IMG/VR virus record: IMGVR_UViG_3300028624_000004
Location: 32,001-96,000 of that record
Reading direction: 5' to 3' (one strand)
DNA length: 64,000 bases
From: a virus
Lineage: Duplodnaviria > Caudoviricetes
Every line of letters starts with the position of its first letter. Position 1 is the first letter of the stretch. Position numbers and translations under genes: made by a program. The notes under the pieces are model-generated. The model made no database searches and had not been told where the DNA came from. It worked only from the letters and a program-made list of their open reading frames with translations. This document shows, piece after piece, positions 48,949-58,888 of this stretch.

Positions 48949-51105
48949 ATGCGTTTTCACGTTCTAGGCTTGCCACATACAGTTTCCTCCAAAGAGTATG
49001 TCGCCTGCTATTCGTCAGATACAGAAATAATGACAGAAGACGGCTGGAAGTCCATTAAAGAATTAGCCGAGGCAAATATAAAGATAAAAATAGCTACACT
49101 AAACCCAGCGATAAATCAGGTAGAATATTATTACCCACATAAATGGATTATCAATCAATACAACGGAAAGATGTTTCATCAAACCGGAATGTCAATTGAC
49201 TTTCAGATTACACCAGAGCATAGAATGTGGTGTAAGACTGTAGCAGACGATAGGAATAAAAGAAGTTATAGATTTATAGAAGCGCAAGATGCTCCGAAAG
49301 TTGTTTATCATAAACGGGACTTTCCGTGGGTAGACGGTGAGGAAGTTGAATACTTTGAGTTACCTGAAATTACTGATGGTAATGGAAATATAAGACCGCA
49401 GAGAAGGTTTAAGATGGATTCGTGGCTTAAGCTTTTCGGTATTTATATAACCGAAGGCAATATTGACGGCACGAGATATAAGACGAAAAATGGTATTATT
49501 AAGGGCAAGCACACAGTTTTTATTGCCCAAGAAAAATCAAAAAGCAGAGAAATAATCCAATCGTGGCTTGACGAACTCTGCATTAGGTATAAAAAGTCAT
49601 CTCGTGGGTTCCATATACACGATACTCAGTTCGCACACTGGTTTTCCCAATTTGGGAAAGCGCGTGTAAAACATATTCCACATTGTTTTAAAAATCTTTG
49701 TAAAAGACAACTAAATATACTATTAAATGCGATGATATTGGGCGACGGTTGGACCAATGGTATTAACAAGAGATATGTTTCGTTTTCTAAAAATTTAGCT
49801 AATGATTTTAATGAAATAGCATTAAAGCTAGGATATGCCGTAACTCAGTATGATGATCCAGATCCAAATATTCCCCGCCATATAGTTACTCTTTCTGATA
49901 ATTGTAAGGAACCGTTGGTCAATTCGCAGAAAGATTTCAGAAAATATGTCAATTATATAGGTAAAGTATATTGTCTTGTAGTTCCCAACCATATAGTTTT
50001 TGTAAGAAGAAACGGAAAGGCTTGTTGGAGCGGCAACTGTGCCTACACCCAAAAGGTAGTTAAATTCTGCAAAATGATGTCTGCTCGTGGACATCAGATT
50101 ATCCATTATGGACATGAAGACTCTAAGATTGACGGTGAGCATGTTTCAGTTCTCACAAACGATGACTTTATGAAAACCTATGGAACCCATGATTGGCGAA
50201 AGACATTCTTCAAGTTTAACGTCAATGACCACGCATATAAAACCTTTTACAGTAACGCTATACGAGAAGTCGGACTAAGAAAACAGAAAAACGATTTCAT
50301 ATTACCATTTTGGGGATCGGGAGTAAGACCCATATGTGACGCCCATCCCGACTTGATATGCGTTGAGCCTGGAATTGGCTACGCCGGGGGGCATTGGGCT
50401 AGATTCAAGGTATTTGAATCATATGCGATTTATCACGCCTATTATGGTCTTGCCTCAGTGGGAACATGTAAGCAAGACTGGTACGACGTTGTTATTCCTA
50501 ATTACTTTGACCTTGATGATTTTACCTTTAAAGAGCAGAAAGAAGACTACTTCTTGTTTCTTGGAAGAGTATATTCGGGAAAGGGTATTCATGTTGCGGT
50601 CCAAGTAACTGAAAAGTTGGGAGTTAAGCTAAAGGTAGCTGGTCAAAGCACTCTTCAAGAGTGTGGTTATAAAGAAATACCCAAGCATGTGGAGTTTATC
50701 GGTTACGCAGATGTAGAGAAGCGCAGGGAGCTTATGGCTAACGCTAAGGGTGCCTTTGTTGCTTCGATGTATAATGAGCCTTTTGGTGGCGTACAGGTCG
50801 AATGTCTGTTATCAGGTACTCCAACCATCACAACCGATTGGGGCGCTTTTACAGAAAACAATATTCATGGATTGACGGGCTATCGTTGCCGCACCTTTAA
50901 TGATTTTGTTTGGGCAGCTAATAATATATCAAATATAAAGCCGCAAAATTGCAGAGCCTTTGGTGAGAATTTTTCATTGGATAGAGTTGCTAAGCTTTAT
51001 GAAAAATACTTCACTGATATTCTAAATATATACGGAAAGAAGGGCTGGTACGAGCAATATCCCATAAATCTTGACGATTATGCTCGTATTATTCCACATG
51101 AGTAA
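48949..51105 (+). CDS. GT4-like glycosyltransferase interrupted by an intein
   Basis: Exteins join as [29 protein letters not shown]. GT-B motifs [10 protein letters not shown] and [27 protein letters not shown].TGYRC. Confidence 0.88.
   Translation: [718 protein letters not shown]
49006..50037 (+). mobile_element. Intein with a LAGLIDADG-type endonuclease domain (344 aa)
   Basis: Block [16 protein letters not shown], block B ITPEHRM, endonuclease motifs LFGIYITEG and MILGDG, blocks F/[19 protein letters not shown]|C. Confidence 0.9.
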
Positions 51106-51145
51106 TAATATATTAAAACATATAAATACCATTTGAGGTTTCTAT

Positions 51146-51478
51146 ATGGCTCATGAGACAGTAATTGGCAAAAACCAATACATATATTCAATCACTCTTC
51201 CGGGCAGCTTCGCTTTAGTGTCTTCTTTATTGTCACCAGCCGCCTTAGCTGAATTGGGAACTTACGACATATTAGACGGTTATATAGTCTGTGAGGGTGG
51301 TGATTTTGAAGTTGCTCACGATCCGACTCTTACAGTCGGAACTGTAGAGCCTTTTACAGCAAGTGGTTATGCATTTTTCCCTTTCTTGGATTGGCACCAT
51401 AAGGTTTATATCAGAACAACCGGAGGATCGCCAACTGCCCGTGTAAAGATCATGACAGGATTCATAAGAAGACATTAA
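51146..51478 (+). CDS. Small late virion protein
   Basis: TATAAATA at 51121; GAGG ribosome-binding site. Confidence 0.55.
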   Translation: MAHETVIGKNQYIYSITLPGSFALVSSLLSPAALAELGTYDILDGYIVCEGGDFEVAHDPTLTVGTVEPFTASGYAFFPFLDWHHKVYIRTTGGSPTARVKIMTGFIRRH

Positions 51479-51487
51479 GGAACATAG

Positions 51488-52768
51488 ATGGCAATTATTG
51501 GTCAAGGTATTATTAACGCTGGAGCATCGACTGGTGGTGTTGGGTCGATAGACGCCGCTACTTTGCAGGGTCATCCAGCATCTTACTTTACTCCAGCTAC
51601 AACTACTGCTGCTTTATCAGGTTCGGTAGCCAATCTCCAACAACAGGTTGGTGGTCTTCAAGATATAACCTCTCATGTTGTATTTAAAGAGCCATTTACT
51701 GCTGATGGAACTCAGGATACTTTTCAGCTAATTGGCGATATACAAAACGCCGCCTTTTCTGCTGGCTCGTGGGGATCCGGATATATAATTTTGTCACTTC
51801 AAGCATATATCACCGACCTTGACGGAAAGGTAATTTACGACAGTATTATTCCAATATACAGAGATAAAATCCAAGTTTCTTCTATAGATTCTGCTGGACT
51901 TGTAACAACCGATTTTAAACCCATGGCTGGTCAGCAAGGTTATATCTGGTATTGGTATCAACTAACATCCACAGATGCTCTCAGCTACTATTATCGTGAA
52001 GATTTCGTCACCTACATGGAGTCTGAAGCTGGTGACGATGCAACTCTGGTATATCTTGGAAAAACACCGTTTTCTGATGTTGTTGTAAAGGGATCCGATG
52101 TAACGGTTGACGATGCCTTACACTCCATAGACACCTATGTAGCCGCAATGTCAGGAAATATCAACGGATTTATTCCGGTCGAAGGAACTGGTATTGTAAT
52201 AACCCCATTGGTTCCTGACCAATACACCTTTGCCGTAGATGATTACATCAGCAAAACAGAAGTAGATGGAAATGTCTATAACTTACAATCACAAATAGAT
52301 GACATTTCGGCTTCAAACTTTATAAGCGGAATACAAGGAAGAATGCCGCTTAATGATGTTGACTTAGAATACACGATAATTCACAGTGAAGTAAATCCAT
52401 CAATAGAATTTCCAGTTGTTTCTCTTGAAACACCAAATCCAACCACTGATATTTTTGTGGTTGGTGTTTATGACAGAACAAGTACGAGCTTCAAGGTTGT
52501 CATTAGTGGAGTACCTTCGAGTAGCTATGCTATTTTATGGCATATAAGCACTTCTGTTACAAAAGGCAGAGTGGAAGATGTTGATATAACTTTCACTTAT
52601 GATACTTCAGGAAATTTACAGAATTCTTACGATATATACGGAACTAAAACATATTATTATGACATTTTTGATACTTTGGTTGCTATAAGTGGAACTGGTT
52701 ACTATAAGAATATAAGCTTCATATATGATATTGATGGAAACCTCATTAAGAAAGAAGTTGAGGAATAA
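51488..52768 (+). CDS. Fibre-associated structural protein
   Basis: DAATLQGHPASYF fibre motif, NLQSQID coiled coil and C-terminal YD..GNL repeats. Confidence 0.55.
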   Translation: MAIIGQGIINAGASTGGVGSIDAATLQGHPASYFTPATTTAALSGSVANLQQQVGGLQDITSHVVFKEPFTADGTQDTFQLIGDIQNAAFSAGSWGSGYIILSLQAYITDLDGKVIYDSIIPIYRDKIQVSSIDSAGLVTTDFKPMAGQQGYIWYWYQLTSTDALSYYYREDFVTYMESEAGDDATLVYLGKTPFSDVVVKGSDVTVDDALHSIDTYVAAMSGNINGFIPVEGTGIVITPLVPDQYTFAVDDYISKTEVDGNVYNLQSQIDDISASNFISGIQGRMPLNDVDLEYTIIHSEVNPSIEFPVVSLETPNPTTDIFVVGVYDRTSTSFKVVISGVPSSSYAILWHISTSVTKGRVEDVDITFTYDTSGNLQNSYDIYGTKTYYYDIFDTLVAISGTGYYKNISFIYDIDGNLIKKEVEE

Positions 52769-52771
52769 CAC

Positions 52772-55534
52772 ATGGCATATGTAAGCGGCGTCATTCAGCA
52801 ATATCTTTCCGGTACATCACTCCTGATGACTGAAATCCCAGCCCACAACATAGGGACTTTGTTGCTGTATATAGTTTCAAGCAACTCTTCGACGACTGCT
52901 ACTTGGTCCGGAACTGGTTGGGCAGTTCATCCAGACCACACGATAGTTACTCAGGGTGGCGTAAGATACTATGTCCGCTGGAAGATTGCTGAAAGTGACG
53001 AAGAAGAACCGCCTGGGTTCACCGTTGGTTATACTTCATACACGACGCATACTCTTCTTGCTATTGAGGACTATGACCCTGATAATATATGGGGACAAAT
53101 AGCGGCAGTAACTAATACGGCACAAGAACAATCCACTTGCGCTACTCTTACGACTACGACAGACAACGAGCTAATAATAGATTGTTGTAGTTGGTACAAC
53201 ACCGGCACACTCTTCCGCCCATATTTCGCTCCAGCGACTTCAACGAAGCAGCTTGTAAATGGTCAGACTGGAAGAAATACTTGCGTTGTTGGTGAGCGTG
53301 TTCAGCAAGTCGCCGGAACTACCACCGCACTGAAAGCGTATCAGATAACTAAGGCGAATGTTGTTTCACATGCTCTCTCACTTTCCATAAGAAACAAAGT
53401 CGGTGGTTCACTTCCAATCTTCTGTAATAGCCGCCCACAGAAGCTTTACTACGAAGCTTACCCAGGAGCAATGCTGAATACAGAAATTTCTGCTTCTAAC
53501 GTAGATCTTTATGATTTGGCTTCCAGCCTTGGAATCTACAATACAGTGAGCGTGGCTTTTGGAATGGGAACTCCTTTCAATCCACAGGTTTTATCCTCGG
53601 CAAGACTTTTCACTCCATCAGTAGTTACTGGTTCTCTGTGGACTGGCGGGGGAGTTCACTGGGATAATCCAATCGACTTGACCAATGGTAAGGCGCTGAT
53701 GTTTAACTGGGAAATACCTGATAGAACAAGATTAGGAACCCCTGCTGTATTGGCTTTCCTTAACTCTTCTTACGGAAACTATCATTCATTCTATCTTCGC
53801 CCAATAGCACAAATAGAATCTGGTGTTTCATATACATCCATCATAGAACCAAACTCCACATACACTGCATACACCAGCGGAGCAATCGACTGGAGTGCTA
53901 TTACTGACTTCTGTCTGTGCTACCGCCGTACATCAACAACCAATACATCACCAAGGTTCTATGGCATTTATTTGATTGATAAAAATACTCCAGCTACTAT
54001 TGTTGGTGGTGGAATAACCAATCCAATAAACGCAACTAACGCTCAGCCAGTAATCAACGGCTATGATTGTGCTACTGGAGCGAAGCTTGGCGGTGGCGGT
54101 CAGATAGTTATTCCAGCGCCAGTCAAGTTTGGCGACGGCGAATATCCAACCTACTTGGATACTCGTGGCGAATCCTTTGAGCTTCCCCGCTATGTCAATC
54201 CACCAAAGAGAATATATGAATTCAATGCTGGCGACGGTATATCCGGAATAGAAATAGAAGCTGGACCAAACGACAACATATACTTCGGCGCGGGCATCTT
54301 CGCTTCAGCAAACTCCAAGAGCTACTTTACAGTAACTCCACCGCTTTCTGGCTATCAGCATCTCCAGCTTGACAACCAGCAGATAAAAAACTCAATAGTA
54401 GCTTGGTGTAGCGATGTCCCAGCCAACAACATTCTCTTCGATACTTGCGATGAGGTATGTGCCAACTCAGCTACTTTCACCAACTGCCAGTTCCTCAACC
54501 AGAGCGAGCAGTTTGCTATAAGAGGACAAGACGGAATAAAGCTACTTGAGTGTGAGTTTACTTCGCCAGTATCGGGAAGTAACTATGCCGTTCACTTTGT
54601 AGGAACGGGAACGCTTGATGTAAGCGACACATTGTTTAACGACTATGCTACTGATATATTCGTAGATGCTATAAGTGGTGATGTGTTTATTAAACTTAAT
54701 TACGGCGAAGACCCACCAACATATGACACATCTGGTGCTAATGTCGTATTGGATATCTTATTGTCCAACACAATAATCGAAGCACCTAACTTCTTGGACA
54801 CTAATACAGTCGGTTTATATAATCTCACTCAGGGTACAGAATTAGATTATGTTGCATCATTAAATACTGGCAGTGGATATAGTAAAACTTTAGTTCCTGG
54901 CGTTGATTACGACCCAGGCGATAACTTGGAGCTAAGAGCCATTCGTGTTATTGGAGCGACCGCTACAGAAAGATACACACTTCCAATAGCAACTTCCGCC
55001 GCTGGTGGAACTATAAGAACCATAAGAAACTTGATAGATGATAAGATATATAATGATAACGCTATAGATGGGTCAAGCGTTACTGAATTTAGTGCCGACT
55101 ATCCTAATGTTGAAATTGACATCAGTGACGGCGATGGAGTAACAAGCGTTAGAAGATTATATGCTTGGTGGAAATATAATCTAACATCTCAAAGTGGCTT
55201 GCGTTATTTCTGGGGTGGGTTTGACGCTGATGACGCATTTAATTATCGTGTAGTAACAGAAGTTCTTGATCTTAAATTGGAAAATGTTAGTGCCATTCCA
55301 GTCGTCATTACGGACGGTAGAATTTATCGTGATGATAATGAAACAATAATAGCTGCATCTTCTAACAGTATTCAAATAGACCCAGATAAAGTTTATACCG
55401 TACAAACTGTTTCTGCTGTAACGTCACAAGACAAAGAAGATATCGCTATTATTACTCGTCAGAAAATGGAAGAGTTTGGAAGTAAAATGGACAAGACAGA
55501 GAAACGCAGTAGAACAATCACAGGTCTTCAGTAA
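52772..55534 (+). CDS. Large virion appendage protein (beta-helix-like middle; C-terminal domain shared with 55550..57985)
   Basis: FTNCQF..LLECEF..VSDTLF beta-helix-like rungs; duplicated C-terminus. Confidence 0.6.
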   Translation: MAYVSGVIQQYLSGTSLLMTEIPAHNIGTLLLYIVSSNSSTTATWSGTGWAVHPDHTIVTQGGVRYYVRWKIAESDEEEPPGFTVGYTSYTTHTLLAIEDYDPDNIWGQIAAVTNTAQEQSTCATLTTTTDNELIIDCCSWYNTGTLFRPYFAPATSTKQLVNGQTGRNTCVVGERVQQVAGTTTALKAYQITKANVVSHALSLSIRNKVGGSLPIFCNSRPQKLYYEAYPGAMLNTEISASNVDLYDLASSLGIYNTVSVAFGMGTPFNPQVLSSARLFTPSVVTGSLWTGGGVHWDNPIDLTNGKALMFNWEIPDRTRLGTPAVLAFLNSSYGNYHSFYLRPIAQIESGVSYTSIIEPNSTYTAYTSGAIDWSAITDFCLCYRRTSTTNTSPRFYGIYLIDKNTPATIVGGGITNPINATNAQPVINGYDCATGAKLGGGGQIVIPAPVKFGDGEYPTYLDTRGESFELPRYVNPPKRIYEFNAGDGISGIEIEAGPNDNIYFGAGIFASANSKSYFTVTPPLSGYQHLQLDNQQIKNSIVAWCSDVPANNILFDTCDEVCANSATFTNCQFLNQSEQFAIRGQDGIKLLECEFTSPVSGSNYAVHFVGTGTLDVSDTLFNDYATDIFVDAISGDVFIKLNYGEDPPTYDTSGANVVLDILLSNTIIEAPNFLDTNTVGLYNLTQGTELDYVASLNTGSGYSKTLVPGVDYDPGDNLELRAIRVIGATATERYTLPIATSAAGGTIRTIRNLIDDKIYNDNAIDGSSVTEFSADYPNVEIDISDGDGVTSVRRLYAWWKYNLTSQSGLRYFWGGFDADDAFNYRVVTEVLDLKLENVSAIPVVITDGRIYRDDNETIIAASSNSIQIDPDKVYTVQTVSAVTSQDKEDIAIITRQKMEEFGSKMDKTEKRSRTITGLQ

Positions 55535-55549
55535 CCCAGAGAACATCTT

Positions 55550-57985
55550 ATGGCACTTACAGTAAACACACAATATGCAAGATTTCTCATTGACTCAATA
55601 GTTGATGATGTTACTATCAAGGTAAAATCAGTAACCGGAACCGCCCTTGGGTCATCATGGGTTAGCAGGAAGTTTATTGTAGCAAGCTCAACAAGCCCTG
55701 CAACTGGACAGGTTCGTGAAATCACGGCAGTAGATACAGGAGCATCGACAATAACTCTTGAGTATCCGTGGAGAAAGAGTTTAACCGATCCTCTTGTATT
55801 GGCTACGAAAGGCGCTGCAATAGAAGTAGACCCACAAGTAGATGATGTTTGTTATGTGAACTACTATTTGGACGATCTTGACGACGGTGTTAATATAATA
55901 AAATCAGAAAATCAATATACATTTGATCAAAAAGTAACTCTTGATAATACATTTGTATATGACTCTAATCGCTTTATTGTAATTAAAAATGCGACTACAA
56001 CGACATCTACACTCGCAGTAAATATCGGTGCCCATTTACAACTTGGAACATTATCAGAGGGTGGGTTGGGGTATGGCGGCGGCGGTCTTAGATTTTCTCT
56101 TTCGTCTTCATCTACAGTAACTCTTTTGGGGACTGGTAATGGCGGAGATTGTGGAAATATATTCATTTATGGCTGTAATATGTCCGCTATAGGCGGCGCG
56201 GGATTCTATCGTTGCTACAGGGGATCAACACAAATAGTGAGAATGGTAGATATCAACATTCGCGGAGAAATTGGCGGTCGCGCTCAAGGTACAAAATCTT
56301 TCATACTTAACTATAAAGGAGCAAGATACACAGAAGACATAGGACTTATTAGTTCTGCATCTCCTTTCGGTGGATTCTTCAACATTACTGCACATGATTC
56401 GGCGCAGGGTGTATATCATAACGGTCAAGCAGGTGGGGGTCCGGCGACATATCGAAATGTCGAAACAAATAATGTAACACAATCCGTTCGCATCACAGAA
56501 ACCGATGCTTCCAACAGTCCAACTCTCATTGATTGTTCATTGGATGAATCTTCCCCAATAGCAAGTTGGAATGCATCTTCACTTGCTACACTCACGGTCA
56601 AAAACAGCTTAGTAGCAACTTCACTTTCCGGAACCGAAATACAAGCAGGCGGAAGATTGTGGATAAAGGACTTAGTTGATGCTGAAATTTATAATTCTGT
56701 TTCCATAAGCGGAACCTATGATGATATACCAGATCTATTTAGGTGTATCATGACAGATGGACAAACTGCTTATAGTCAGGGAACACAGAAAACACCACAC
56801 TTCTTCCGCTATCGTCGTTACGGTTCTACGGAAGTAAGTGGATCATACAAAGCAACCTCTCCAAACGGAACATTGGCTATTCCAGACGTAACAGATCCTC
56901 GTATAACATTGAGTGAAGTAAATGCAGGATTACTCACTGGTATTTCTGTGGATATGGGTATAGGTGAAATAGATGTAACAGAAAACCATGGAATTACTGA
57001 TATATACGATTATGTTGCTTATTCAGCTACTATTTCCGGAAATATGCAGTACGACAATCCATTGTCCAAGACAGTTGTGGAATTGGATCTTGGGGATTGG
57101 GACTTACATGTAGATGGTTCTGTAGTTACTGGTAATATAACTACTACTGGTGATATAACTTTTGCCAACGATGGATCAATAGACGGAATCTATACAGATG
57201 CTTCGGGAACTTATTTGCCATTTGCTGTTACAAACATTGATCCACTTGATTCTATAATACGTATTCAAGTTTACAATGAGACGACATCAATGGAATGCTG
57301 TAATTCCGTTATTAGTGGCTCTGCTTATACAGGCACATTCCTCGAAGGCGATCAATTTAGTATTGGCGATACTGTAAGAGTTCGTATTGTTGCTAACAGC
57401 GGAATAACTGCAAAAGCAGAATACGAAGGAAAAACAACAGTATCATCTGCTGGATGGTCAATAAATGCCGATCAAGAAGAATGCAGTGTCTATAATACGA
57501 ATGGAATAGATGGTTCAACTGTAACAGAATTCTCGGCTGACTATCCTAATATAGAAATAGATGTTTCTGATGGTGACGGTACAACCAGCGTCAAGCGACT
57601 GTTTGCTTGGTGGAAGTATAATCTAACCACCGAAGAAGGTATTAGGAATTACTTTGGTGGGCTGCTCCCAGACGATCTTGTAAATTATAGAATAAATGTT
57701 GATATAGTCGATCTTCACCTTGACAACACTGAAGCAACTCCTGTCATGGTAATAGATGGAAGATTATACCGAAGCGACGAAACGACCGTTATAACTCCAA
57801 CAGGAGGATCTATACAGATGGATCCAGATAAAGTATATTCTATAGAATCTAAGTCGCCAATCACCGAACAAGATAAGCAAGATATAGCCGTGGCTTCGCG
57901 TGTTAAAATAGAAGAAGCAGGCGGCAAGTTAGATAAAATAGAAAAAAGAACGAGGATCATTCCAGTAATCTTCTCTAAACCATAA
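55550..57985 (+). CDS. Large virion appendage protein, paralogue of 52772..55534
   Basis: Shared YN.N.IDGS.VTEFSADYPN.EID.SDGDG.TSV.RL.AWWKYNLT...DGR.YR.D..IQ.DPDKVY. Confidence 0.6.
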   Translation: MALTVNTQYARFLIDSIVDDVTIKVKSVTGTALGSSWVSRKFIVASSTSPATGQVREITAVDTGASTITLEYPWRKSLTDPLVLATKGAAIEVDPQVDDVCYVNYYLDDLDDGVNIIKSENQYTFDQKVTLDNTFVYDSNRFIVIKNATTTTSTLAVNIGAHLQLGTLSEGGLGYGGGGLRFSLSSSSTVTLLGTGNGGDCGNIFIYGCNMSAIGGAGFYRCYRGSTQIVRMVDINIRGEIGGRAQGTKSFILNYKGARYTEDIGLISSASPFGGFFNITAHDSAQGVYHNGQAGGGPATYRNVETNNVTQSVRITETDASNSPTLIDCSLDESSPIASWNASSLATLTVKNSLVATSLSGTEIQAGGRLWIKDLVDAEIYNSVSISGTYDDIPDLFRCIMTDGQTAYSQGTQKTPHFFRYRRYGSTEVSGSYKATSPNGTLAIPDVTDPRITLSEVNAGLLTGISVDMGIGEIDVTENHGITDIYDYVAYSATISGNMQYDNPLSKTVVELDLGDWDLHVDGSVVTGNITTTGDITFANDGSIDGIYTDASGTYLPFAVTNIDPLDSIIRIQVYNETTSMECCNSVISGSAYTGTFLEGDQFSIGDTVRVRIVANSGITAKAEYEGKTTVSSAGWSINADQEECSVYNTNGIDGSTVTEFSADYPNIEIDVSDGDGTTSVKRLFAWWKYNLTTEEGIRNYFGGLLPDDLVNYRINVDIVDLHLDNTEATPVMVIDGRLYRSDETTVITPTGGSIQMDPDKVYSIESKSPITEQDKQDIAVASRVKIEEAGGKLDKIEKRTRIIPVIFSKP

Positions 57986-58033
57986 GATAAATACCATATA
58001 ACAACTCGGGCGCAAGCCGTATTAGGAGTTTTA

Positions 58034-58888
58034 ATGTCCAGCTTCAAACAATCAGCCGTATCTATTACAAAAAAAGATTCTCCCGTAGCGCCAACGCTCG
58101 CTGGTGATATAACAGTCGTGGCGCGAGCAGACGGTCATTTATATGCATATGATGGAGTAACCGATAGAAGCTTAGCGTACATTGATGATATATCAGGGGG
58201 TGGTGGGGCTGGGTTTACTCCATTAGAAGGAAATGGAATAATTATCACAGAAGAATCGCCAAACTATAGATTCTCTGTTGATGATTATATAAGCGGCACT
58301 GCTGTAGCAGATGTTACTGGAAACTTACAGTCACAAATAGACGTTTTGACAACGACCGATCAATCTCTGCAAGCCCAAATCGACACTGTAACATCTGAGC
58401 CTGTTACTTACATATTCAATGCAATGGAAATGGATAATCCAATTACAGCCGATTGGGCAGTAAATTCGCTTGCGCCAAATACATCTCATGCCAGTAACTC
58501 TGGAATAATAGTCAGAGCATTTGATGCTACAACGGAAGAAGGGGTTGGTATTTCTATTGATATGCCACCAACAGCAAATAATATAAAATTCAAGTGGGTT
58601 TCATGTGGTGCAACTACTGCTGGCGGTGATGTTGTTCCGAAGATTTATACAAGATATTTAAGAAGCGAAGCCGCAATATCTTCTTGGTCAGCAGGAACAT
58701 CTGGCAATATACTTACAATGCCAGCATCAACTAACTTTGTTTACGACGAAGAAACTTTTACAACTACTACTCTTGGTATATCTGCTGGTGATATTGCTTT
58801 CTTTGAAATAACTAGAGATGCTTCTAACGGATCAGATACACTTGCGGTCGATTGGCATCTTCTGAAGGTAATATTGGAGATAAGTTAA
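58034..58888 (+). CDS. Fibre-like structural protein
   Basis: NLQSQID coiled coil shared with 51488; C-terminal jelly-roll-like domain (RAFD..EE, ITRDA...DTLA.D). Confidence 0.55.
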   Translation: MSSFKQSAVSITKKDSPVAPTLAGDITVVARADGHLYAYDGVTDRSLAYIDDISGGGGAGFTPLEGNGIIITEESPNYRFSVDDYISGTAVADVTGNLQSQIDVLTTTDQSLQAQIDTVTSEPVTYIFNAMEMDNPITADWAVNSLAPNTSHASNSGIIVRAFDATTEEGVGISIDMPPTANNIKFKWVSCGATTAGGDVVPKIYTRYLRSEAAISSWSAGTSGNILTMPASTNFVYDEETFTTTTLGISAGDIAFFEITRDASNGSDTLAVDWHLLKVILEIS

